Below, piece by piece: positions 21,785 to 31,414 of a stretch of 64,000 nt of DNA (positions are counted from its first letter, which is position 1; every line of letters starts with the position of its first letter). The notes below the pieces were generated by a model that saw only the letters and a program-made list of their open reading frames with translations, was not told the origin of the DNA and did no database searches. A program made the position numbers and the translations under genes. The stretch comes from Negativicutes bacterium. Its GTDB lineage: Bacteria > Bacillota > Negativicutes > UBA1444. The stretch covers positions 608,001-672,000 of the forward strand of contig CAXXIN010000007.1 of NCBI GenBank assembly GCA_963665275.2. The letters run 5' to 3'.

Positions 21785-21810
21785 ATTCGTCATCCTGACC
21801 GGCAGTTCCT
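21785..21810 (-). promoter_or_regulatory. sigma-H-like promoter for yerC-hisZ
   Basis: Minus strand AGGA-N15-GACGAAT. Confidence 0.5.
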
Positions 21811-21927
21811 GCTTCAATCCTGTATTTCTTTATTTCGCGAAAACCTCCTGGTGTCTGCAAAATTCATCCTTGACACTTTCTCATCACTTATGTTAGCATA
21901 CGATACAATAGAATAAAATACTGACGT

Positions 21928-22095
21928 ATTTTTCATCCAGAGTTGGCGGAGGGACGGGCCCGATGATGCTACGGCAACCACTCGCATTATGCGAAACGGT
22001 GCCAATTCCTGCAGGGGCATGACCCCGGCAGATGAAAGAACGGCTTGTCTTAAACGCAATGCCTCTTCCATCTGTGAAGAGGTATTTATTTTTTT
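21928..22095 (+). ncRNA. SAM-I (S-box) riboswitch with terminator
   Basis: TTCATCCAGAG..GGCGGAGGGACGGGCCCGATGA..GGCAACC..GGTGCCAATTCCTGCAG..GATGAA core; CCTCTTC/GAAGAGG hairpin plus T tract at 22062-22095; upstream TTGACA-18-TAGCAT; precedes metNIQ. Confidence 0.96.
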
Positions 22096-22114
22096 GGGGA
22101 AAGGAGTATCGACG

Positions 22115-23173
22115 TTGATTAGACTTGAGCATCTTCAAAAAACCTATCAAGGAGACACGGGTTCGCTGGAAGCCCTTCGGGGAGTGAGCGCTCACATAAG
22201 CGAAGGTGAGATATTCGGCGTCATCGGCAAAAGTGGCGCCGGCAAGAGCACTCTCATCCGTTGCATTAATATGCTTGAACGCCCCACCGCCGGGTCAGTC
22301 ATCGTAGACGGCGAGGAACTTACGACTATGCCCGAACGACAACTACGGGATGTTCGCAAAAAAATCGGCATGATCTTTCAACACTTTAATTTGCTTTCAT
22401 CCAGGACTGTTTATGGCAACGTCGCCTTCCCCCTTGAGCTCGCCGGCAAAAGCGCCGCCGAGATTGCAGCCGCTGTTGATCCACTTCTTGAATTAGTCGG
22501 CCTTGCGGATAAGAAACATCAGTACCCGGCACAGCTGTCCGGTGGACAAAAACAGCGGGTGGGTATTGCGCGCGCGCTAGCCAACCGGCCGAAGGTATTG
22601 CTTTGTGACGAGGCAACATCCGCCCTCGACCCGCAAACCACCCATTCGATCCTCACCTTACTAAAAGATATCAACCAGCGTTTCGGGCTAACCATCGTCA
22701 TCATCACGCACGAAATGCAGGTCATCAAGGAAATTTGTGACCGGGTCGCCGTCATTGAAAATGGGTTGATCATTGAAGAAGGCTCCGTGGTTGACTTGTT
22801 CGTACGACCCCAGACTCCGACGACCCGCGAATTCATCCGCACCATCATCAATCATGATATGCCTGATATATTTTCGGACATCAAGTTTTCACCCGTTCCT
22901 ATTTCCGGCAGTTCCCTGATGCTGCGGCTGTCCTTCATTGGAGCCAGTGCCAATGAACCGGTCATCGCCGGCTTGGTGAGACGGTTCAATGTTGAAGTGA
23001 ATATCCTGTTCGGCAACATTGATCATCTGAAGAGCACCCCTTTCGGTACCCTGCTCGTTGAGCTGTCCGGTGAAGACGCCGCCATTCAGCAGGCATTAAA
23101 CTACCTGAATGCAAAAGAACTAGGAATCGAGGTGATTGGTTATGTCGCCAGAAATGATCGCGTTGCTGGTTGA
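22115..23173 (+). CDS. metN: Methionine ABC transporter ATP-binding protein
   Basis: TTG after AAGGAG; GKSGAGKS, LSGGQKQRVGIARAL, CDEATSALDP, C-terminal NIL domain. Confidence 0.95.
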   Translation: MIRLEHLQKTYQGDTGSLEALRGVSAHISEGEIFGVIGKSGAGKSTLIRCINMLERPTAGSVIVDGEELTTMPERQLRDVRKKIGMIFQHFNLLSSRTVYGNVAFPLELAGKSAAEIAAAVDPLLELVGLADKKHQYPAQLSGGQKQRVGIARALANRPKVLLCDEATSALDPQTTHSILTLLKDINQRFGLTIVIITHEMQVIKEICDRVAVIENGLIIEEGSVVDLFVRPQTPTTREFIRTIINHDMPDIFSDIKFSPVPISGSSLMLRLSFIGASANEPVIAGLVRRFNVEVNILFGNIDHLKSTPFGTLLVELSGEDAAIQQALNYLNAKELGIEVIGYVARNDRVAG

Positions 23174-23795
23174 ATCTTTGGGCGAAACCTTGTACATGGT
23201 TGGTGTTTCGGCAGCCATCTCCACTATCATTGGTGTTCCGCTCGGTGTCATTCTCGTCACCACCAGTCGCGGCCACATCCTGGAGAACCTTCCCGTTAAC
23301 CGGGTACTCGGCGCCATTGCAAATGCTACTCGCTCCACGCCGTTTATTATTCTAATGGTCGCAATTATCCCAGTGACCCGGGTGCTGGCTGGAACCTCCA
23401 TTGGCACCAACGCCGCCATCGTTCCCTTGTCCATCGCCGCCATTCCTTTCGTCGGACGCATCGTCGAAGCATCGCTCCGTGAAGTGGATTTTGGCCTGAT
23501 TGAGGCCGCACAGGCCATGGGAGCTTCCCCGTTTCAAATCATCAGTCGGGTTCTGATTCCAGAAGCTATGCCGTCCATAGTTCTCGGCGTGACGCTCTCA
23601 GTCATCAGCCTTATCGGTTACTCTGCCATGGCCGGCGCCATTGGCGGCGGTGGATTGGGAGACTTGGCCATCCGTTTCGGATATCAGCGCTTCCGTGTGG
23701 ACGTCATGATCGCCACCGTCGTTATCCTCATTGCACTCGTCCAGCTTGTCCAGTCTGCTGGCGACATGGTTTCACACAGATTGAATAAAAAATAA
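23142..23795 (+). CDS. metI: Methionine ABC transporter permease
   Basis: RSTPFIIL, EAAQAMGAS (EAA motif), GGGGLGDLAIRFGYQRF. Confidence 0.95.
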   Translation: MSPEMIALLVESLGETLYMVGVSAAISTIIGVPLGVILVTTSRGHILENLPVNRVLGAIANATRSTPFIILMVAIIPVTRVLAGTSIGTNAAIVPLSIAAIPFVGRIVEASLREVDFGLIEAAQAMGASPFQIISRVLIPEAMPSIVLGVTLSVISLIGYSAMAGAIGGGGLGDLAIRFGYQRFRVDVMIATVVILIALVQLVQSAGDMVSHRLNKK

Positions 23796-23814
23796 AACAC
23801 AAGGAGAGATTATC

Positions 23815-24654
23815 ATGCATATTGCCCGAAAAACTCTAGCCCTCATTTTGTGCCTCATCTTCATTCTTGCGCTTGCGGCGGCGGGATGCGGTGGAAAAAC
23901 CGAACCAGCCAAACCCGCAGCAGCTCCGGCAGCGGATAAAGTTCTTAAGGTTGGCGTAACCCCTGGCCCACACGCGCAGATTATGGAAGTCGTTAAAAAG
24001 GTTGCCGAAAAAGATGGACTCAAGATCCAGATCGTCGAATTCAGCGACTATATCCAGCCAAACGTCGCTCTCAACCAAGGAGACATTGATATTAACAGCT
24101 TTCAGCACCTTCCCTACCTCGAAAACATGGTGAAAGACCGCAAATATGAACTCGTCATGCTGGCTAAAACCTTCACCTTCCCGATGGGGATATACTCCAA
24201 AAAAATCAAAACTCTAAAAGACCTCAAGGATGGCGCTACCATCGCCATTCCCAACGATCCAACCAATGGCGGCAGGGCTCTGGCTCTGTTCGAAAAAGCC
24301 GGGCTGATCAAACTCAAACCCGGACTGGGTCATAAAGCGTCGGTCGTCGACATCGTGGAGAACTCCAGGAAATTCAAGATTCGCGAACTCGAGGCCGCTC
24401 AAATCCCGAGAACTCTCGAAGACATGGAACTCGCCGCGATCAATACAAACTATGCCATGTCCGCCGGCCTGGTTCCCGCCAAGGATGCATTGGTTCTGGA
24501 GGACGCCAACTCTCCTTATGCCAATATTTTAGCAGTCCGCACCAAAGACAAAGAGAATCCTCTCTACCAAAAATTCGTCAAGGCTTATCAATCTGACGAA
24601 GTCAAAAAATTCGTCACTGAACAATTCCAAGGTTCTGTAATCGTTGCCTGGTAA
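23815..24654 (+). CDS. metQ: Methionine ABC transporter lipoprotein (MetQ/NlpA)
   Basis: Lipobox AAGC; FSDYIQPN.AL, NSFQH.PYL, IPNDPTNGGRAL. Confidence 0.95.
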   Translation: MHIARKTLALILCLIFILALAAAGCGGKTEPAKPAAAPAADKVLKVGVTPGPHAQIMEVVKKVAEKDGLKIQIVEFSDYIQPNVALNQGDIDINSFQHLPYLENMVKDRKYELVMLAKTFTFPMGIYSKKIKTLKDLKDGATIAIPNDPTNGGRALALFEKAGLIKLKPGLGHKASVVDIVENSRKFKIRELEAAQIPRTLEDMELAAINTNYAMSAGLVPAKDALVLEDANSPYANILAVRTKDKENPLYQKFVKAYQSDEVKKFVTEQFQGSVIVAW

Positions 24655-24678
24655 TTTGTAAATATTTTGCGCAGAATA

Positions 24679-24707
24679 TTGCAAAAATTTAAATTCTGAT
24701 CTATAAT
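24679..24707 (+). promoter_or_regulatory. sigma-A promoter of an orphan transcript
   Basis: TTGCAA-17 bp-TATAAT; near-palindrome AATATTTTGCGCAGAATATT (24661-24680) touches the -35. Confidence 0.7.
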
Positions 24708-24713
24708 GTAACC

Positions 24714-24975
24714 AAAGGGTAGATGGGGATGAAGAAAAGAAACGGTAGTTCCCAGACAAGGCTACCTGAAGACCGGTTAATTCCGGAATGGGGTGATTCC
24801 ATTGAAAGACCCAATGGAAAACGAACCACAACAGCATATCGGCATAGGACGGTGCATCAAGGCACTGTAAGGTACAAAACGAATTTGTACCAGCGGGGTT
24901 CAGTGGTTGAGACCCTGACTCTGCAATAGAAAGTTTGAAATGGACGGTTTCTTAAGGAAACCGTCCATTTCTATT
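24714..24975 (+). ncRNA. Candidate structured non-coding RNA (or small-protein gene 24723/24729-24929)
   Basis: Lies between its own promoter and a strong terminator; at least six hairpins plus possible pseudoknot pairings; family not identified. Confidence 0.55.
24937..24975. terminator. Strong (likely bidirectional) terminator
   Basis: Perfect 15-bp inverted repeat GAAATGGACGGTTTC/GAAACCGTCCATTTC. Confidence 0.85.
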
Positions 24976-25011
24976 CTCATCATATTCAATTCAACTATCC
25001 GGTGTGCCTTC

Positions 25012-25431
25012 TCAGCTTCCTTTATGAGGTTCTGCTCCGCAACGCCGGCAATACCCATAAATCTCGAACTGATGATTCACGGGGGTAAAACCGCATTCGG
25101 TCATAAAAGTCGATACTTCCTCCCCAATAGGACACCACGGAACTTCAGCCGTCTCACCGCAAGTCATGCATATCAGGTGATGGTGATGGACATTTCCAGC
25201 CAGCTCAAAGCGGGCTTTCCCATCAGCCAAAAGCGTTCGCCGTACCCTCCCCTGCTGAGAGTAACATTGTAGATTACGATATACCGTACCCAGGCTGACG
25301 TTGGGATATTTCTCCCTCACACGTCCGTATACTTCTTCCGCCGTCATCAATTTAGGATTGAACTGCAAAGCGTCGAGGATCGCCTGCTTTTGAAGCGTCA
25401 GGCGGGTTCCCGGTATTTTTTCATTTGTCAC
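25012..25431 (-). CDS. zur: Fur-family regulator (probable Zur)
   Basis: GTG 25431 after AGGAGG; SLGTVYRNL, HHHHLICMTCG, GYCRRC; last gene of a metal ABC operon. Confidence 0.8.
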   Translation of the reverse strand: MTNEKIPGTRLTLQKQAILDALQFNPKLMTAEEVYGRVREKYPNVSLGTVYRNLQCYSQQGRVRRTLLADGKARFELAGNVHHHHLICMTCGETAEVPWCPIGEEVSTFMTECGFTPVNHQFEIYGYCRRCGAEPHKGS

Positions 25432-25432
25432 G

Positions 25433-26257
25433 TCACTGACTGCCTCCTTTCGGCCGCAGCCCAAAACGCAGCAGAGACACCACCGCATACGTGCCGACGG
25501 CAATCAGGACAATGGAGGCTCCAGAAGCCAAACGGACCGTGTAGGAAAACCAAAGACCCGTGAGACAGAATGCGATACCCAACAATACCGACAAGCCCAT
25601 GATTTTTTTCATGTCATAGGAAAACTGCTTTGCAATGGCAGGTGGAGCAGTCAGTAGAGCAATCACCAATATGATCCCCACGACCCTGATCAACATCACG
25701 ACGGTTATCGCCACCAACACAAACAGCAAATTCTCAAGGAACCGGACTGGCACGCCAACCACACTGGCAAACTCTTCATCAAAAATATAAGCCTTAAACA
25801 CTTGGAAGAAAGCGGCCACTGCCGCCACAACCAAAATATCCAATCCCAAAATCAGCCGCAAATCAGATTTGGACACCGATAGGATATTCCCAAAGAGATA
25901 AGAAGCCATATCCGGTGGATATCCTGGTGTCAGCGCGATAAAGATGACGCCGAGAGCCATGCCCAACGACCAAAACATCCCAATCAACAGGTCTGAATCC
26001 GTCATCGCCTTGCGTTTCACCGCCGCCACCGAGATTGCCGCGAGAATCGATACGCCAAGAGCAGTTAGAATCGGTTCCACCTTTAAAAAGTACCCCAGCC
26101 CGATGCCACCGAAAGCGGTATGGGCGATTCCGCCGCTCATCATCACCAGTTTTTTTTCCATGATATAAGTTCCAATGACTCCACAGGCGACACTGGCTAA
26201 AACCGCCGCCAGGATGGCATTCTGCAGGAAATTGTATTTTAATATTGCTTCCATCAC
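25433..26257 (-). CDS. znuB: Metal (Zn/Mn) ABC transporter permease
   Basis: GIAHTAFGG, YLFGNIL, FDEEFA, VGIILVIALL..P. Confidence 0.88.
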   Translation of the reverse strand: MMEAILKYNFLQNAILAAVLASVACGVIGTYIMEKKLVMMSGGIAHTAFGGIGLGYFLKVEPILTALGVSILAAISVAAVKRKAMTDSDLLIGMFWSLGMALGVIFIALTPGYPPDMASYLFGNILSVSKSDLRLILGLDILVVAAVAAFFQVFKAYIFDEEFASVVGVPVRFLENLLFVLVAITVVMLIRVVGIILVIALLTAPPAIAKQFSYDMKKIMGLSVLLGIAFCLTGLWFSYTVRLASGASIVLIAVGTYAVVSLLRFGLRPKGGSQ

Positions 26258-27027
26258 AGAGTTCCTCCCTCATCATCATGGCCCTGCAACACTCTATGCG
26301 GTACACCGTGTGCGATGAGATCCACCGGGCAACCGTAAACTTTTTCGACCAAACCGGCTTCCAGCTCGGTCCGGCCGTGATAAAACAGTTGCTGGTTCAG
26401 GCAGGCAATCTTATCAATATTGGACGAAACCGCACTCAAATCATGAGTCACTATCAGAATCGTCATCTCTTTGTTCAATTCCTTGAGAATCTCGTAGATA
26501 CGGGTTTTGGAAGCCGAATCTACGCTGGCGGTTGGTTCGTCCAGAATGAGGATGCGTGGTTCCACTGCCAACGCCCTGGCGATCAATACACGCTGTAATT
26601 GGCCCCCTGAAAGCTGGCCGATCTGACGATGTTTGAGATCAGCGATCTCCAGCCTTGCCAGCAGCGATTCGACCAAGATCCTATCTTTGTCGGCGAATCG
26701 GACAAACCAGGGACTGCGTCCCGCCAACCGGCCCATCAGCACCACTTCTTCCACGCTGATAGGAAAGCGTCGGTCAAAGCGTGAAAATTGCGGAACGTAT
26801 CCAATGTGGCGGCGCCCTTTTGCGCCGCTCTGCCCGAAAATCCGGATTGTACCCGCCTGCGGTTCTACCAGCCCCAGAATGGCCTTCAACAAAGTCGTCT
26901 TTCCCCCGCCGTTAGGGCCGATGATCCCCAGAAATTCGTTTTCCTGCACGTTCAGACTGATCTTTGACAGCGCGCAGTCCTCACCGTAAAATACGCTTAG
27001 ATTGTTAATTTCAAGCGCTAAACTCAT
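26254..27027 (-). CDS. znuC: Metal ABC transporter ATP-binding protein
   Basis: GPNGGGKT, IGYVPQ, LSGGQLQR, LDEPT, CLN...YHG. Confidence 0.9.
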   Translation of the reverse strand: MSLALEINNLSVFYGEDCALSKISLNVQENEFLGIIGPNGGGKTTLLKAILGLVEPQAGTIRIFGQSGAKGRRHIGYVPQFSRFDRRFPISVEEVVLMGRLAGRSPWFVRFADKDRILVESLLARLEIADLKHRQIGQLSGGQLQRVLIARALAVEPRILILDEPTASVDSASKTRIYEILKELNKEMTILIVTHDLSAVSSNIDKIACLNQQLFYHGRTELEAGLVEKVYGCPVDLIAHGVPHRVLQGHDDEGGTL

Positions 27028-27045
27028 TTCATACCCGTCCGTCTC

Positions 27046-27930
27046 TTACTTCAATCCTGCGGCAAAGGATCGCGCCATCCGCTTGATATTATCAATGTAG
27101 TCCGTCGCCATCGGCGATACTTTTTCAGCGCTGCCGCCCAGCTCTTCGGCAAAAGTCCGCGACTGGCGGCCATCGATGTCTTCCTGATAGAAAATAATCT
27201 TGATTCCCTTCGCGCGGGCCATATCGATGATATCCCGTATCCGACGGGGGTCGGCTTCTTTTCCCTCTTCTTCCAGCGCCACCATCGTCAGGTTGTAATC
27301 ATCGGCAAAATACCCGAACGCCGGATGGTATACGATGAAAGACCGCTTTGACATGCCCTTGAGCAGCTCCATCAGCTCGCGGTCCACTGCTTCAATCTGT
27401 CCGGTATACCGTTGTGCATTGGTCTCATAAGTTCCGCGATTGGCGGGGTCCAGAACTGACAATTCCCTTGCGGTCAATTGCACCATTTCTACCGCACGCT
27501 TCGGCGATAGCCAGATATGGGGATCCTGATCATCCGGCGCAAAATAACGGGGCGCATACTTTTTCGCAACTTCATTCTGAACGTCGATGATTTTCAGGTT
27601 ACGATTCATTTCCGCCGCTTTGGGCAAAATATTGCCTCGTTCGGGAGGCAGTCCCAACGCTAAATATAAACTGGCGTTGCCGATTTTCTCCATGTCCTGC
27701 GGCGGTGGCGAATACGTCTCATGATTGGCGCCTGGCGGCAAAACCGTCACGATGTTTACCAGATCACCCGCCACTTCCCTTACAAATGTCGCTTGCGGTG
27801 CGACAGTCACGACGACCGTCGGCTTCGTACGGGCTTCCGGCAAAGCCGGCTTGCTTGTTGTGAAAACAGACACAGCAATAAACAAAATCGCAATAGTTCC
27901 GATAATAATCCATTGAGTTTTAAATCGCAT
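27046..27930 (-). CDS. znuA: Zinc ABC transporter substrate-binding protein
   Basis: N-terminal anchor; HETYSP, DPHIWLSP and YHPAFGYF metal-ligand motifs. Confidence 0.88.
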   Translation of the reverse strand: MRFKTQWIIIGTIAILFIAVSVFTTSKPALPEARTKPTVVVTVAPQATFVREVAGDLVNIVTVLPPGANHETYSPPPQDMEKIGNASLYLALGLPPERGNILPKAAEMNRNLKIIDVQNEVAKKYAPRYFAPDDQDPHIWLSPKRAVEMVQLTARELSVLDPANRGTYETNAQRYTGQIEAVDRELMELLKGMSKRSFIVYHPAFGYFADDYNLTMVALEEEGKEADPRRIRDIIDMARAKGIKIIFYQEDIDGRQSRTFAEELGGSAEKVSPMATDYIDNIKRMARSFAAGLK

Positions 27931-27950
27931 CCTTGACCCCTCCACTTGAC

Positions 27951-27998
27951 GATAATAATTACTATTATTACTTTACCATTGAAGGAGTTATTCGTCAA
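27951..27998 (-). promoter_or_regulatory. znu promoter with Fur/Zur-type operator
   Basis: Minus strand TTGACG-17-TAAAGT (extended TG); GATAATAATTACTATTATTAC (27951-27971) directly downstream of the -10. Confidence 0.75.
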
Positions 27999-28104
27999 TC
28001 AGCAGCCGTGGGTGCCGTTGATCTGAATGCGGGTGCCCGCCGATTATTTGACGGCCCGTGTGCGTCGGGATACAATGTCAGCAGGAATTTCTTTGGGTAT
28101 ATGC

Positions 28105-29717
28105 CTACGGTTCCAGATAAGCTTCCTTCAAATATGGAACACCCAGGATTGAACGCAGTACCCCTTTAACCTGGGAGCGTATCAGTACCGGATTTGTCTG
28201 GAAAAACACCGGAGATATGACGGCTTCATCCATGAGAATTTTTTCTGCGGCATGCAGCGCCTGCATGCGACGGCTCGGATCAATACCATTCTGCGCCTCA
28301 GCGATCAATTTGTCATAGGCGGGATTCCGATAATCAGGCGCATTGTTGCTGCCACCGGAAACAAACAGATCGAGGAATGTCAGCGGATCAGGGTAGTCGC
28401 CGCTCCAACTCTCCCGCGCCATCTGAAAATTATGCCGGTCAAGCGAGTCCCAGTAGACTTTCCATTCCTGGTTGGATACTTCGACCTGAACGCCGAGAGT
28501 CTTCTTCCACATTTCTTGTAACGCTTCCGCGACCATTTTGTTGGACTCACTGGTATTATACAGGAAGGTGACGGGGGGGAAGCCCCTGCCTTCGGGGAAT
28601 CCGGCTTCCGCCAGCAGGATGCGGGCCGTGGCAACATCATTGTCTTTCAGCAAAGAGCCGCCTTTAGCGCGAAAATCTTCATCCGGAACTCCGTTGGCAA
28701 TTCCCGGCGGCACAAAGGCAAGCGCAGGCGCCTGGCCTCCCGCAATAACTTATCAGTGATTGCGGTGCGATCAATCGCCAGCGAAAAAGCCCGACGAATC
28801 TTCGGATTGTCGAAAGGCGGTTTCGCTGTCTGGAAAGATACATAAAACGTGGCTAGGAACGGATAAATTTTTACCTTTCCTTCTTTCATCAACCGCGGAA
28901 CCTCCGACGGCGGAATGCTATCCCCCATATCGAGCTGCCCGCTCTCGAACATCGACAAGGCTGTCGATGAATTATCAAGCAGAAACAATTCCATCTTTGC
29001 AGATTTCACTTTTGCCGCATCCCAGTATTGATCGTTTTTAGCTAGCTCCATCCGGCTGGACTTCACCCAGGTCGTCAGTTTGAACGGACCATTTCCAATG
29101 ACTGTTTGCGGTTGACTGGCCCACTTGCTGTTGGCTGCGACCGTTTTTGCGTGTAAAGGGTAGTAGGCATGAAATGCCGTCAACGAGAGGAAGTAGGCAG
29201 TAGGACGCTCCAACTCGACTTCTAGCGTTCTGTCATCTTTGGCTCTAACCCCCACCTGTGACGCATCCGCTTTTTTGGTGGCGTAGGCTTCACCGTTTTT
29301 CAGACAATAGAGCATATAGGCATTAGGACTGGCCAACTCGGGGTCCAGCCCCGTCTTCCAGGCATATTCAAAATCACGGGCAGTTACAGGATCGCCGTTA
29401 GACCATTTCAGTCCAGCCCGCAAAGTAAAAATATATGTGCGGCCATCGGCTGACACTTCCCATTTTTCGGCAGCCGCTGCAACAGGAAGATTTTTTTCAT
29501 CCAACGTCATCAGCCCTTCAAACAATTGAGCTTGAACCGTTGCCGCAGAAAGACTGGTTGACATGCGCGGATCAATCGATTCTGGCTCAGCCGACAATGC
29601 ATAGCGGATGTGGCTGCCGGCAACTGTTTTTTTGCCTGTGCTACAGCCTCCAATTGCAACAGTCATTGTGGCAAGCAGCAAAATCAATAGAACTACTGAA
29701 GATTGTCTGATACGCAA
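28105..29717 (-). CDS. oppA: Oligopeptide ABC transporter substrate-binding lipoprotein, split by one frameshift near 28740
   Basis: Lipobox IGGC; LFEGL, WSNGDPVTA.DF, GNGPF, IRRAFSLAIDR; frames 28647-29717 and 28105-28713 join as LLRGGQAPA if one G is added to a G run. Confidence 0.88.
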
Positions 29718-29784
29718 GTTAATTCACTCCTTTTTCTGATAACCACCATTATATCTGCACAAGTTTAATGAAGGGAAAGTAAAA

Positions 29785-30585
29785 ATGAATAAAGATAACG
29801 CCGCACTGAAATCACGAATTGAATCCGTGCTAAAAATGGAATCAGGAATTTTTGCCATTGCAGTTCTCAATCCCCTGACCGGCCAGGAACTTAGTATCAA
29901 TTCACAACCGATGCGTTCCGCCAGCTTGATCAAGTTGTTTATTATGGCCGAAGCCTTTGCCAGAATTTCAGAGGGCACGCTCCAAGCCGATGCAACTCTC
30001 TCCTTCATGGAATCGCATCGGGTTGGAGGGGCCGGGATACTGCAAAACCTGCCAGCAGGTACATACCACAGTATCCTTGAGCTAGTCGAACTGATGATAA
30101 CAGAAAGCGACAACATCGCGACCAACTTGCTAATTGAACATTTAGGCCAAGAGGCTATCAATGCAAGGATTCAAAAAATGGACTGCGCCGATAGTCGTCT
30201 TCGTCGCCATATGATGGACTTTGCCGCTGCGTCAGAAGGTAGGGAAAATATGACCAGTGTGCTGGATACAGCTCGCGCCCTGCAGCAAATTTTTCACAAC
30301 CAGTGCGTAGATATTGCCGCAGACTGCGCCATGCGCGAGATTCTGGGACGGCAGACAGATCGATGCAAAATTCCACTTCACCTGCCACCGGGCACGATCT
30401 GCCAACATAAGACCGGCGAACTGCCTGGAGCAGAGCATGACGCAGGAATTGTTTACAGCCCGGCCGGGCCTTATGTCATTGCGATCATGAGTGACAACCT
30501 GCCCGATCCTGAGCAGGGTCGCCAGGTAATCGCCAGATTATCACGCGAGATCTATGACTTCTTTATTGATGTGGATATGCCATGA
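29785..30585 (+). CDS. Class A beta-lactamase-like serine hydrolase
   Basis: SxxK (SLIK), SDN and KTG motifs; no signal peptide. Confidence 0.88.
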   Translation: MNKDNAALKSRIESVLKMESGIFAIAVLNPLTGQELSINSQPMRSASLIKLFIMAEAFARISEGTLQADATLSFMESHRVGGAGILQNLPAGTYHSILELVELMITESDNIATNLLIEHLGQEAINARIQKMDCADSRLRRHMMDFAAASEGRENMTSVLDTARALQQIFHNQCVDIAADCAMREILGRQTDRCKIPLHLPPGTICQHKTGELPGAEHDAGIVYSPAGPYVIAIMSDNLPDPEQGRQVIARLSREIYDFFIDVDMP

Positions 30586-30613
30586 AAACTATTTAAGTTG
30601 GGATGTGTTATTG

Positions 30614-31297
30614 GTGCTTGGAACGATTGCCAATGTTGCCGCCATCGTCATCGGCGGAATTGTAGGGACCCTCATCAAAGGAGGATTGCCGGGAAAAATT
30701 GCCGCCACGGTAATAAAAGGACTCGCGCTCACGGTATTTTTAGTTGGCGCCGCCAACGCTCTGAAAGTGAACAATTTGCTGTTGGTAATGCTATCGATGG
30801 CAATTGGCGGCATCGTTGGCGAATCCCTGGACATTGATCAGCGTCTGAAAAACTTGGGTGATGCTGTGGAACGACGATTCAAGGGCAGGGGCGGGAAAAT
30901 CTCCGACGGTTTTGTTACCGGCACGCTTTTATATTGCGTCGGCGCTATGGCAATCGTCGGCTCCCTGGAAAGCGGCTTATCAGGCAATCATCAAATATTA
31001 TACGCTAAATCTGTTTTAGATGGCATTGTTTCTTTAATTTTCGCATCAACGCTGGGAATCGGTATTGTCCTCTCCGCCTTCTCCGTATTGCTCTACCAAG
31101 GCTCCATCACCCTGGCGGCTTCTTCGCTTCAACCCCTGCTTTCAGAAACAATAAAGGCTGACACCTCGGCGATAGGTGGACTGTTAATTATTGGCATGAG
31201 CCTCAACATGTTGGAAATGAATAACATAAAGGTTGCCAACCTATTGCCTGCCATATTCATTCCTGTTATCTATCAGTGGCTTTCACTATTTTTCTGA
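30614..31297 (+). CDS. DUF554 (YdfK-like) membrane protein
   Basis: MLGTIAN..AI..GG, CVGAMAIVGS, KSVLDG, YQG, IKVANLLPA. Confidence 0.85.
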   Translation: MLGTIANVAAIVIGGIVGTLIKGGLPGKIAATVIKGLALTVFLVGAANALKVNNLLLVMLSMAIGGIVGESLDIDQRLKNLGDAVERRFKGRGGKISDGFVTGTLLYCVGAMAIVGSLESGLSGNHQILYAKSVLDGIVSLIFASTLGIGIVLSAFSVLLYQGSITLAASSLQPLLSETIKADTSAIGGLLIIGMSLNMLEMNNIKVANLLPAIFIPVIYQWLSLFF

Positions 31298-31353
31298 ACA
31301 GCTGACACATTGGACACTTTCGTTCCATTATAATAGCTTCAAGGCAAGATGTT

Positions 31354-31403
31354 CAAAAGACAAGGGAAGCCATCTTTATTCAAGAGGCTTCCCTTGTCTT
31401 TTG
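31354..31403. terminator. Bidirectional terminator between convergent genes
   Basis: 18-bp inverted repeat CAAAAGACAAGGGAAGCC/GGCTTCCCTTGTCTTTTG. Confidence 0.8.
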
Positions 31404-31414
31404 CGACGAATATC

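Noticed and set aside
24714-24935. T-box, lysine riboswitch, 6S or SRP identity for the orphan RNA
   Set aside because: No GGTGGNACCGCG T-box, no downstream gene on the same strand, no SRP GGAA/AGCAG loop and no single long 6S-type hairpin seen.
29785-30585. Antibiotic-resistance beta-lactamase call
   Set aside because: No signal peptide, and the motifs are shared with many non-resistance serine hydrolases.
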